Positions 7,798-15,817 of a stretch of DNA of 20,458 bases are shown in pieces. The stretch is taken from the IMG/VR virus record IMGVR_UViG_3300031787_000054; one strand, written 5' to 3'. The stretch comes from a virus. Its lineage: Duplodnaviria; Heunggongvirae; Uroviricota; Caudoviricetes. How positions within the stretch are numbered: position 1 is the first letter of the stretch; every line of letters begins with the position of its first letter. Made by a program: the position numbers and the translations under genes. The notes below the pieces were generated by a model, which was not told the origin of the DNA, searched no databases, and was given only the letters and a program-made list of their open reading frames with translations.

Positions 7798-7825
7798 ATG
7801 AGCAATCATTGCCTTTTGGAGTACT

Positions 7826-8323
7826 ATGCCTACAATTAATATTAAAGGAACTATTCTAGAGCTACCTGATTCAGCTAGTTCGCCTAATTGGGCACCAAAC
7901 GTCGTTGAATTCTTTAAACTTGTAGCAGACGCAATTAATGGTATTTCTGGAGCATTTGATGTTGCTCCTCAAGCTTTTAACATTGACGCATATAATAATG
8001 CAACAGACGAAGATGTTGATGGTTTACTTTTCCCCCCTTCAGACGTTAGAAGTTCAACAATCATTTATGCTGTTTATAGACAGACAGAAGAAACAACTTT
8101 AGGACAAGGTGATAACCAAGCTGTCTCTGAAGCTGGAATACTAACAATTAGTTACAACGATTCTACTGGAGTGTGGTCAATGTCAAGAGAAGGCGTTGAT
8201 AATGGTAAAATCAATTTTTCAATAGATTCAAACGGGCAAGTTAAATTTAGCACTGACCCATTAACAGGAATCAATCACACTGGAATAATAACATTTAGAG
8301 CATTAGCTGTATTAAATACTTAG
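7826..8323 (+). CDS. Virion protein (165 aa) whose C-terminal domain is homologous to the C-terminus of the 600-aa fibre
   Basis: GGAG RBS. Shares VxGxxF...VRS...AVxR...W...DNxxIxFSIxSxGQV...FRA with 13953-14210. Confidence 0.6.
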   Translation: MPTINIKGTILELPDSASSPNWAPNVVEFFKLVADAINGISGAFDVAPQAFNIDAYNNATDEDVDGLLFPPSDVRSSTIIYAVYRQTEETTLGQGDNQAVSEAGILTISYNDSTGVWSMSREGVDNGKINFSIDSNGQVKFSTDPLTGINHTGIITFRALAVLNT

Positions 8324-8330
8324 GAGTAAT

Positions 8331-11174
8331 ATGATGGTTTTTAAAAAAATATGGAAAGGTTTGCAAATTGTTGCTGAATCTGTTCTAGATTTAAATACTA
8401 AAGGTCAAATACAGGTTGACGATTCGACTGGTAAAGCTCATTATCATAATGGAACGAGTGCTTCACCTATTGTAACAGAAGCACATACTGCAACTTTAAC
8501 TAATAAAACAATTGATGCTGATAACAATCCAATTACAAACATAGATAATGATAGTATTAAAGCTGCCGCTGGTATCGTAGAATCTAAACTAGCTTTAGAC
8601 CACTCTACCTCTAGTTTAAACACAGCAATTAATAATCACATTAATGATACAACTGATGCACATGATGCTTCCGCTATCTCTAACTCTCCAACTGGAAACT
8701 TAGCAGCTACAGATGTACAAGGAGCATTAAACGAACTACAAGGTGATATCGACACACTAAATACAGATATGACTGCTGTTGAAGGTGATGTTGCTGATTT
8801 AATAACTCTTTCTGGAGTTGCAGCTAATTCAACAGATTTAGGAACATTTACAGGAACTACAATTCCTGATAACAGTGATGTAAAAGAAGCACTACAAGCT
8901 TTAGAAACCGAAGTTGAATCTAAGATTGATTCTGCTGACTTAACTAACCACATGTCAGATACTACTACTCACGGAACTACTGGAGATATTGTAGGCACTT
9001 CTGACACACAAACATTAACTAATAAAACAATAGTTGCAACTAATAACACAATTACAACTGCTGCTTCAGGTAACTTAACATCAACTGAGCTAAACGCTGC
9101 TTTAGATGAGTTACAAGATGATATTGATACAAGAGCGACAAGTTCTGCACTAACTACCCACACTTCAGCATCTTCTGGAGTACATGGAGTAACTGGTTCT
9201 GTTGTAGGAACATCTGATGCTCAAGTATTAACAAACAAAGATATTGATGGTGGAACTGCTTCTAACTCAAATAGAATTACTCTACCTAAAGCATCTAAAT
9301 CTACATTAGACGGACTTACAAGAAAAGAAGCTACATTAGTTTACGCTTCTGATTTAGATAAAGTATATTATGATGATGGTACAAATTTAAGAGCAGTAGG
9401 TTCTGGAACAGGTTCTAGTATTAATTATATTGAGAATGGAGATGCAGAAGTAGGAACTATTGGATGGACAACTTATGATGATGGAGCAGCTATTCCTGTA
9501 GATGGAACTGGAGGTTCTTTAAATAGATTAACATTTTCTCAAAATACTACGAATCCTCTTAGAGGTGCTGCTGATTATAAAATGAGCGTACTTGGATTAG
9601 CTGGAGCAACTGGAGAAGGTGTTAGTTATAGTTTTTCTGTAGATGACGCAGATTTAGCTAAACAACTAGTAATAAGTTTTGATTATATAGCTAATGATTC
9701 CGACTATACTGATGGATTGTTATCTGTATTTATAATTGCCGATCCAAATGGAACCCCTTCAGTTATTAGAGTCAACGGAGAAAGTATAGTAGCTGGAAGC
9801 GGAACACATTACGCAAGATTTCAAACTCTACCAAATGTAAATGACTATAGACTATGTATTCACATAACAGCAGATACTATTGCAGCTTATGACTTTTATT
9901 TTGATAACGTACAAGTTGGACCTAAAGCTATTGTTTACGGAAGTCCTATGACTGATTGGACTTCATATACTCCAGGATTAACATCTACTACTAATGTTAG
10001 CTTAAACGAAGCTAGATATCGTAGAGTTGGTGGAAATATGGAAATTGAAGGCAGATTAAATTGGTCTGGAGTAGGAGCTGGGGCGAACTTTACTGTAGAT
10101 ATACCTACTAATGTTTTAATGGACAGTTCCCTAGTTAATACTACATCTGGTGAAACTCATTTTGGAACAGCAACTTGGACAGATAGTGGAACATCTTTTA
10201 AATCTCTTCATGTTAGGAGAAGTAATAATACATCATTTAGCTTTTGGGAAATAGGAGCTAATAACATTTGGGATGGAACTCAAGCCGCTTCTGGAGATGT
10301 TTTAAGTTATCATATAAGTATACCTATTGCAGGATGGTCAGCTAATTCTGCAATGTCAGAAGATTTTAGTGGACGTGATGTAAGAGTTACTTGCTCAGGA
10401 AATTCTGGAATAGCAATTACAGCTAATTCTACGCTAGTTACATTTACAGAAGTAGAGGATACCACAGCTTCATTTTCTGGAACTACATTTACAGCTCCTG
10501 AAAAGGGAGAATACTTATTTACTGGATCTACAAAATATACTACAAATGTAGCTAGATTTACAAGACCTGTAGTTAATGGAACTCACAATGGTGAATTCTC
10601 TGGAATTTTTAGCAGTACAGCAACGGTAAATCCATTCACTTTTAAGTTAAAATTAGAAAAAGGAGATACTGTAGCATTTCAAGAAACAGTAGGAGGTACA
10701 CTAGACAATACATCAGCCCATGTGCTTAAAATAGAAAAGCTTCAGTCAGCTCAACAAATATTTGAAACAGAAACTGTAGCAGCAATTTATAACAACTGCG
10801 TACAAAATATAAGCACTTCAACAGATACAGTTCTAACTTTTGATAATATGTTACAAGATACTCATGGAGCATATAATACTTCAACTGGAGAATTTACAGC
10901 ACCACACTCAGGATACTATCAAGTAAATGCTAGTGCAGGAATAACTTCAGGATCGGCAGACACTGGCAGAGCTTATTTATACATTGTAGGTCCAGATGAT
11001 ACTGTATATGGAACTAGAATATTAATGACAACTATAACAATAACATTTGAAGTCGCTAGTGTAATATATTTATCTAAAGGGCAGACAATAACTATTAATA
11101 TATCTCAAACATCGGGAACAACAAGGGCAATGTCTGATGCTTTTTGTAATTTATCAATAATAAGGGTGAAATAA
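8331..11174 (+). CDS. Multidomain phage fibre / receptor-binding protein (947 aa; real start may be the second ATG at 8334)
   Basis: N-terminal half has TLTNKTI and His-containing coiled-coil repeats. NYIENGDAExGTxGW...FDNVQVG is a CBM4/9-like domain (~9420-9923), WTSYTP...YRRVGG is a fibre domain (~9948-10340), and two FTAPxxGxY C1q/TNF-like jelly rolls follow (~10374-10745, ~10770-11171). The AGGAG SD at 8322-8326 is spaced 7 nt from 8334. A chaperone-like gene follows. Confidence 0.75.
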   Translation: MMVFKKIWKGLQIVAESVLDLNTKGQIQVDDSTGKAHYHNGTSASPIVTEAHTATLTNKTIDADNNPITNIDNDSIKAAAGIVESKLALDHSTSSLNTAINNHINDTTDAHDASAISNSPTGNLAATDVQGALNELQGDIDTLNTDMTAVEGDVADLITLSGVAANSTDLGTFTGTTIPDNSDVKEALQALETEVESKIDSADLTNHMSDTTTHGTTGDIVGTSDTQTLTNKTIVATNNTITTAASGNLTSTELNAALDELQDDIDTRATSSALTTHTSASSGVHGVTGSVVGTSDAQVLTNKDIDGGTASNSNRITLPKASKSTLDGLTRKEATLVYASDLDKVYYDDGTNLRAVGSGTGSSINYIENGDAEVGTIGWTTYDDGAAIPVDGTGGSLNRLTFSQNTTNPLRGAADYKMSVLGLAGATGEGVSYSFSVDDADLAKQLVISFDYIANDSDYTDGLLSVFIIADPNGTPSVIRVNGESIVAGSGTHYARFQTLPNVNDYRLCIHITADTIAAYDFYFDNVQVGPKAIVYGSPMTDWTSYTPGLTSTTNVSLNEARYRRVGGNMEIEGRLNWSGVGAGANFTVDIPTNVLMDSSLVNTTSGETHFGTATWTDSGTSFKSLHVRRSNNTSFSFWEIGANNIWDGTQAASGDVLSYHISIPIAGWSANSAMSEDFSGRDVRVTCSGNSGIAITANSTLVTFTEVEDTTASFSGTTFTAPEKGEYLFTGSTKYTTNVARFTRPVVNGTHNGEFSGIFSSTATVNPFTFKLKLEKGDTVAFQETVGGTLDNTSAHVLKIEKLQSAQQIFETETVAAIYNNCVQNISTSTDTVLTFDNMLQDTHGAYNTSTGEFTAPHSGYYQVNASAGITSGSADTGRAYLYIVGPDDTVYGTRILMTTITITFEVASVIYLSKGQTITINISQTSGTTRAMSDAFCNLSIIRVK
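8493..8753 (+). repeat. 87-codon segment paralogous to 12678-12938
   Basis: Gap-free protein alignment, 64/87 identical residues by manual count. Confidence 0.9.
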
Positions 11175-11175
11175 T

Positions 11176-11628
11176 ATGTTTAAAGTAAATATTGAATGTT
11201 TAACAAAAGACATCTCTTGGTCAAAAGAACTTCCAACAGAACAAGAAGCTCAAGCTTTTCTAAACTCACAAATAGGTAAACCTCACAGATTACCTCAGCG
11301 TGATAAGCTTGTATCTGAGTGTTCTCAAGAGGAACTAGATTCAGCTCTTTCTATTAGCAACGAAGTGCTGGATGAGAATAATGAAGTAATTCAACCAGCA
11401 ATGGCAACATTGCCAGCTACGTTTACGTACAGTATTGTTGACATTACAGCTCAGAAAGCACAGGAAGAGACTAATAGAAACGCTAGGAAGTTCTTAGCTG
11501 ATACTGATTACAAGATTACACGACACTCAGAAGATTTATTAGCTGGAAGAACTCCTGCTATGAGTCAGCAAGAGTTAGAAGATTTAATGACACAAAGACA
11601 AGCTGCTAGAAATAGTATTGTCGATTAA
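11176..11628 (+). CDS. Fibre assembly chaperone-like protein (150 aa)
   Basis: Directly after the 947-aa fibre. The C-terminal ARKFLADTDYKITR...RQAARNSI motif is typical of small phage fibre-associated chaperone proteins. Confidence 0.55.
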   Translation: MFKVNIECLTKDISWSKELPTEQEAQAFLNSQIGKPHRLPQRDKLVSECSQEELDSALSISNEVLDENNEVIQPAMATLPATFTYSIVDITAQKAQEETNRNARKFLADTDYKITRHSEDLLAGRTPAMSQQELEDLMTQRQAARNSIVD

Positions 11629-11639
11629 AAGGAATAAAG

Positions 11640-11975
11640 ATGAATTTAGTTATCCACCAATTAAACAAAAAATTATTCGAAAATCATGACATGACAACGG
11701 ATGAATCAAGTGAAGTAATTAACATTAATAACTTTGCTTTATTTGCTATTCAATATGTCACTGATTCTTTTGCTGGTACAGGATTCGATGTTAATCTCGA
11801 AGTATCAAATGATGGTGAAAACTTTGCTATAATGGATACATTTAGTGGTACAGCAGACGCTAACCACATGATCAATGTTGAGAAAGCAGGGTATTCATTT
11901 GTTAGAGTTAGTTTAGTTGGAGATACTGTAACCGCTGGAACATTAACTGTTATCTTTAATGGAAAAGTATTATAA
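11640..11975 (+). CDS. Small beta-sandwich (discoidin-like) virion protein (111 aa)
   Basis: AAGGA RBS. The LEVSNDGENF...YSFVRV motif resembles the 'xSxDGxxW/F...RYVRV' signature of F5/8-type jelly rolls. Confidence 0.45.
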   Translation: MNLVIHQLNKKLFENHDMTTDESSEVININNFALFAIQYVTDSFAGTGFDVNLEVSNDGENFAIMDTFSGTADANHMINVEKAGYSFVRVSLVGDTVTAGTLTVIFNGKVL

Positions 11976-12406
11976 TGAGTTTTAAGAATTTCCCAGAATC
12001 ATCTGCCGAACAATTTAAGTCACCAGTACAATCTGTTGGTGATTTACCTTCTTCAGGTAATGGTTATGGTGACGTTCGTGTTGTTTTAGACTCAAACGAA
12101 ATATATGTTTGGGCACAAACCGATTCTTGGGAATTAGCTTCAGGAACAGGAGGAGGTGGAACTTCTCCTTTTGAACTAACATTCCAAATCATAGATTGGA
12201 ACTTAGACTCAGGTCAATATAAAATAACAATAAATGAATCTACTCATACGAGAGGTTCAGATATAATAGTAGATGTGCAAGAACTTGTTGGTTCATTTTA
12301 TCAACCAGTTGATGTGTCATATACTATAAATGGTTCAGGTGATTTAATATTAATAATAGGAAATGACTCTCGATTCGAAGGAAGAGTTTTAATACAAGGA
12401 GCATAA
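11975..12406 (+). CDS. Two-domain small virion protein (143 aa)
   Basis: Coupled start (TAATG). The N-terminal VxSVxDLPxxGNxxGDxxVV...YVW motif is common in phage fibre/collar proteins. A Gly linker (SGTGGGGTS) is followed by a beta-rich C-terminal domain. Confidence 0.5.
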   Translation: MSFKNFPESSAEQFKSPVQSVGDLPSSGNGYGDVRVVLDSNEIYVWAQTDSWELASGTGGGGTSPFELTFQIIDWNLDSGQYKITINESTHTRGSDIIVDVQELVGSFYQPVDVSYTINGSGDLILIIGNDSRFEGRVLIQGA

Positions 12407-12410
12407 AAAA

Positions 12411-14213
12411 ATGGCTAAGAAAATTAAAAGCGATGTTAGTTTTGAGCAAAAACTATCATTAGCAAACAAGACGGCGTCTAGAGCTTTAATTTTAGATGGT
12501 AGTGGTGAAGTAACGCATTCAGCGACAACAAGTACTGAAATAGGGTATGTTAGTGGTGTGACTTCTGGAATTCAATCACAGATAAACTCTAAAGCAAATG
12601 CTTCCGATTTAACAACACACGAATCAGATACTTCCACTCACGGAGTTGGTGAGATCGTTGGTACATCTGAAACTCAAACATTAGAAAATAAAACAATCGA
12701 TGCAGACAATAATACTATTAGTAATATTGCAAATGCTAATATTAAAACAGGAGCAGCTATTGCTGAAGCTAAATTATCATTAGACTTCTCAACTAGCTCA
12801 TTAAACACAGCAATAAGTAATCACATTTCTGATGCTTCAGATGCTCACGATGCTTCTGCAATTAGTAATGTGCCTTCAGGTAACTTAGCAGCTACTGATG
12901 TTCAAGCTGCATTAGATGAATTACAATCTGATGTTGATTCTAGAGCTTTAGATTCTGCTGTAATTAAGAAAGATGGTTCAGTCGCTTATACTGGAAATCA
13001 AGCAATGGGTGGAAACAAGATTACAGGTCTTGGTGCTCCTACTGCTGGTTCAGACGCAGCTACTAAACAATATGTAGATAATGCTATTGAAGGTGCAAAA
13101 CCTAAACAAGCAGTACGTGTTGCTACTACAGCTAATATTGATTTATCTCAAGATTTAGAGAATGGAGATTCAATTGACGGAATCACATTAGCTACTGGAG
13201 ATAGAGTATTAGTTAAAAATCAAACTGATGCAGAAGATAACGGTATTTACGTTGTTGTTGCTTCAGGTGCAGCATCTAGATCAACAGACTTTGATTCACT
13301 TTCACCAGTTGATGAAATTAATAAAGCATATGTAGCAGTACAAGAAGGTACAGCAAATGCTGGTAAAATATTTATTCAATACGGAACTGTTACAACTTTA
13401 GGAACAGATGATATTAACTTTACATTCTACAATTCTATTTCAGGATTAGTAGGTGGAGATGGTATTACAGTTTCTGGTTCAAATATTTCAGTAGATCATG
13501 ATGGACAAGGTTTAGCGTTCTCTGCTGATCAATTAGTTCTTGAATTAGATGGTTCAACATTATCTAAATCAGCTTCTGGATTGAAAGTAGCAGATAATGG
13601 AATTACAGCTACACAAATTAATACAGATGCGGTAACTACTACTAAAATACAAAACTCTGCTGTAACAGGTGAGAAAATTGCAGATAACGTAGTAGATGAA
13701 GGACACTTAACAACTTCCGTTGCTGGAGCCGGTTTAACTGGTGGAAATGGTTCAGCTTTAACTGTTGACATTCCTGGAACAACAGCTGAAACAGTTAATG
13801 ATAATGCTGACTTAATTTTAATTTACGATGATTCAGCAAGTGCTCTTAGAAGCATGACTAGAGGTGATTTCTTAGATGGAATTAGCTTTGGTAGTGCAGG
13901 TGATTTAGTTGAAGCGTCTGCTTCATTAAGCGATAATCAAGGTTCTGCTGCTAACGTCACGGGTTTTGCTTTTGCCAATGCAACAGTTAGATCATTTGAA
14001 GCACAAGTAGCAGTTATTAGAGGTTCAACTTACGAGAAATTTCAATTAGAAGGAATACAAAAGGGAGCATCTTGGGATTTATATGTAGAATCAATTGGAG
14101 ACAATACTGGAATTACATTTAGTATTAACTCTTCTGGTCAAGTACAATATACTTCTACTAACACTGGTTCTGGTGCTACTGTTAAATTTAGAGCAGAAAC
14201 AACAACCGTTTAA
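12411..14213 (+). CDS. Second multidomain fibre/decoration protein (600 aa)
   Basis: GGAG RBS. Shares an 87-aa block with the 947-aa fibre. Carries the KITGLGAPTAGSDAATKQYVD...VRVATTANI...GDRVLVKNQT...NGIYVV module widespread in phage fibres, ITATQI/VTTTKI/VTGEKI short repeats, and a C-terminal domain shared with the 165-aa protein. Confidence 0.72.
   Translation: MAKKIKSDVSFEQKLSLANKTASRALILDGSGEVTHSATTSTEIGYVSGVTSGIQSQINSKANASDLTTHESDTSTHGVGEIVGTSETQTLENKTIDADNNTISNIANANIKTGAAIAEAKLSLDFSTSSLNTAISNHISDASDAHDASAISNVPSGNLAATDVQAALDELQSDVDSRALDSAVIKKDGSVAYTGNQAMGGNKITGLGAPTAGSDAATKQYVDNAIEGAKPKQAVRVATTANIDLSQDLENGDSIDGITLATGDRVLVKNQTDAEDNGIYVVVASGAASRSTDFDSLSPVDEINKAYVAVQEGTANAGKIFIQYGTVTTLGTDDINFTFYNSISGLVGGDGITVSGSNISVDHDGQGLAFSADQLVLELDGSTLSKSASGLKVADNGITATQINTDAVTTTKIQNSAVTGEKIADNVVDEGHLTTSVAGAGLTGGNGSALTVDIPGTTAETVNDNADLILIYDDSASALRSMTRGDFLDGISFGSAGDLVEASASLSDNQGSAANVTGFAFANATVRSFEAQVAVIRGSTYEKFQLEGIQKGASWDLYVESIGDNTGITFSINSSGQVQYTSTNTGSGATVKFRAETTTV
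12678..12938 (+). repeat. 87-codon segment paralogous to 8493-8753
   Basis: TLENKTIDADNN...ELQSDVD versus TLTNKTIDADNN...ELQGDID. Confidence 0.9.
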
Positions 14214-14226
14214 TGACTTAGTTCAT

Positions 14227-14236
14227 TAACAACTAT
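14227..14236 (+). promoter_or_regulatory. TAACAACTAT motif copy 4, candidate late promoter for the acidic protein/adaptor/nozzle genes
   Basis: Exact 10-mer, 27 nt before ATG 14264. Confidence 0.62.
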
Positions 14237-14263
14237 AATAGAAATTTTTAACTGGAGAATTGA

Positions 14264-14596
14264 ATGGACGAATTAATGAAGAAAGCGAAATTAGCTGTTC
14301 TTAAAGACTTGAAAAAACAATGTATGGACGCAATGGGTGACAACATGTCGAAAGGTATGCAAAAGGTATCAGTTGCTGCTCCAACACCTGAAGGTCTTAA
14401 ACAAGGATTAGAAAAAGCTGAAGAGCTAATGGAAGGTAAAATGGGTTCTGAATCAGAAGAAGAGTCAATGGACTCAGAAAATGAATCAGAGTATTCAGAA
14501 GAACCTTCAATGGAAGAGTCAATGGAGTCAGAAGACGAACTTGACAAGAAGATTCAAGAATTAATGGCTAAAAAAGCTAAGATTGCTAAAGCCTAA
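14264..14596 (+). CDS. Low-complexity Glu/Ser/Met-rich protein with basic termini (110 aa)
   Basis: GGAG RBS. Helical Lys-rich ends flank an acidic EESM(D/E)SE repeat region. A near-perfect 21-nt repeat sits at 14459-14479 and 14513-14533. Confidence 0.65.
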   Translation: MDELMKKAKLAVLKDLKKQCMDAMGDNMSKGMQKVSVAAPTPEGLKQGLEKAEELMEGKMGSESEEESMDSENESEYSEEPSMEESMESEDELDKKIQELMAKKAKIAKA

Positions 14597-14608
14597 TAAA
14601 GGCACCAA

Positions 14609-15817
14609 ATGAAACCATACAAAACGTCTACTGATATTATTGAGTCAGTAAAACGTAATATATCATTTCCTATATCTCAGAACACTTTTAGTGAAGAAGA
14701 TATTTTAGCGTTTGCTAATGAAGAAATGGATATTTCTCAAGTACCTAATGTTCTTCAATTCCAAGAAAATTATTTCCTATATGAAGAAGATATTCCTCTA
14801 GTTGCAGGTAAGAATAAGTATCCTATCCCATCTAGAGCTATTGGAATGAATGTTAAAGCTGTTTTTTATAAAGATAATAATAGTAACTTATTCGAAATGA
14901 CCCAGATTAACGATGATGACTCTCCTTATTTTCAAAGAAATACAGGAAGCGAAACCGTAGCATATTCTTATTACTTTAAGAATACAGAGATAGTAATAAC
15001 TCAAGGTTATCAATCATCTCCAACAGGATACTTAACAATTAGATATTATTTAAGACCAAATAAATTAGTATTAAATGATAGAGCTGCTACTTGTATTAAT
15101 TTTATTAAAACAATAACAGTAAATAACACTGGATTGAATTCTGGTGATAAAGTAACTATAAACAATACTGAATTTGAAGCAGATGTTGATTTCGCTATAG
15201 GAGTTAATTCAATAGCTACAGCAACTAATTTAAATACAGCAATTAATAATGCTGGTTTTACTTCAACTAATATAGTTGGAGCAAGTACAACAGATACAAT
15301 AACTGTTAGATTTAAACAATTAGATATTGAATTTGAATCAGATAATAGTACATCTTTATCTGTACAAAGCACTATAACTTTGGAATTTGATGCTGTTCCA
15401 GAGAATATTATAGACGGAGCATTGGTTGACTTCCTTGAAACTAGAGCAGGTCATAGAATATATGACTACGATATCGAATTATCAAATGGTTCTGTTGTTG
15501 GGGATAAAATAACTTTTAATGTTTCAGACGTACCATCTGATTTTAAAATAGGTGATTATGTTTGTGAACAACATGAATGTATTATTCCTAATATTCCAGA
15601 TGATTTACATATATCATTAATTCACAGAACGTGTGCAAGGGTATTATCTTCTATTAATGATCAAATTGGTTTATCTTCAGTTCAATCTAAAATAGGTGAA
15701 ATTGAATCTAAACAAGGAACAATGATCGACAACAGAGGTTCAGGTGACCCTAAAAAAATAGTTAATAGACACTCTTTACTTAGATATGGAAAACATGGTG
15801 GAAGAAAAGGGTTTTAA
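14609..15817 (+). CDS. Head-tail adaptor / tail tubular protein A-like (402 aa)
   Basis: Helical N-terminus (TDIIESVKR...EEDILAFANEEM), YPIPSRAIG middle and IPDDLHISLIHRTCARVL C-terminal motif resemble podovirus adaptors. It sits directly before, and is coupled to, the nozzle-like gene. Confidence 0.6.
   Translation: MKPYKTSTDIIESVKRNISFPISQNTFSEEDILAFANEEMDISQVPNVLQFQENYFLYEEDIPLVAGKNKYPIPSRAIGMNVKAVFYKDNNSNLFEMTQINDDDSPYFQRNTGSETVAYSYYFKNTEIVITQGYQSSPTGYLTIRYYLRPNKLVLNDRAATCINFIKTITVNNTGLNSGDKVTINNTEFEADVDFAIGVNSIATATNLNTAINNAGFTSTNIVGASTTDTITVRFKQLDIEFESDNSTSLSVQSTITLEFDAVPENIIDGALVDFLETRAGHRIYDYDIELSNGSVVGDKITFNVSDVPSDFKIGDYVCEQHECIIPNIPDDLHISLIHRTCARVLSSINDQIGLSSVQSKIGEIESKQGTMIDNRGSGDPKKIVNRHSLLRYGKHGGRKGF

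Noticed and set aside
7798-7812. ATGA-GCAA-TCAT mini-hairpin / GCAAT-C-ATTGC palindrome after motif copy 3
   Set aside because: Only 4-5 bp and not shared by the other three leaders.
8493-12938. Repeat pair in fibre genes as a diversity-generating retroelement TR/VR pair
   Set aside because: Both copies are coding, lie in N-terminal stalk regions, and differ at all base types (mostly synonymous) rather than only at adenines. No reverse transcriptase or non-coding template repeat is present in the window.
7826-14213. Invertible tail-fibre shufflon
   Set aside because: All genes are on one strand, with no recombinase and no flanking inverted crossover repeats.
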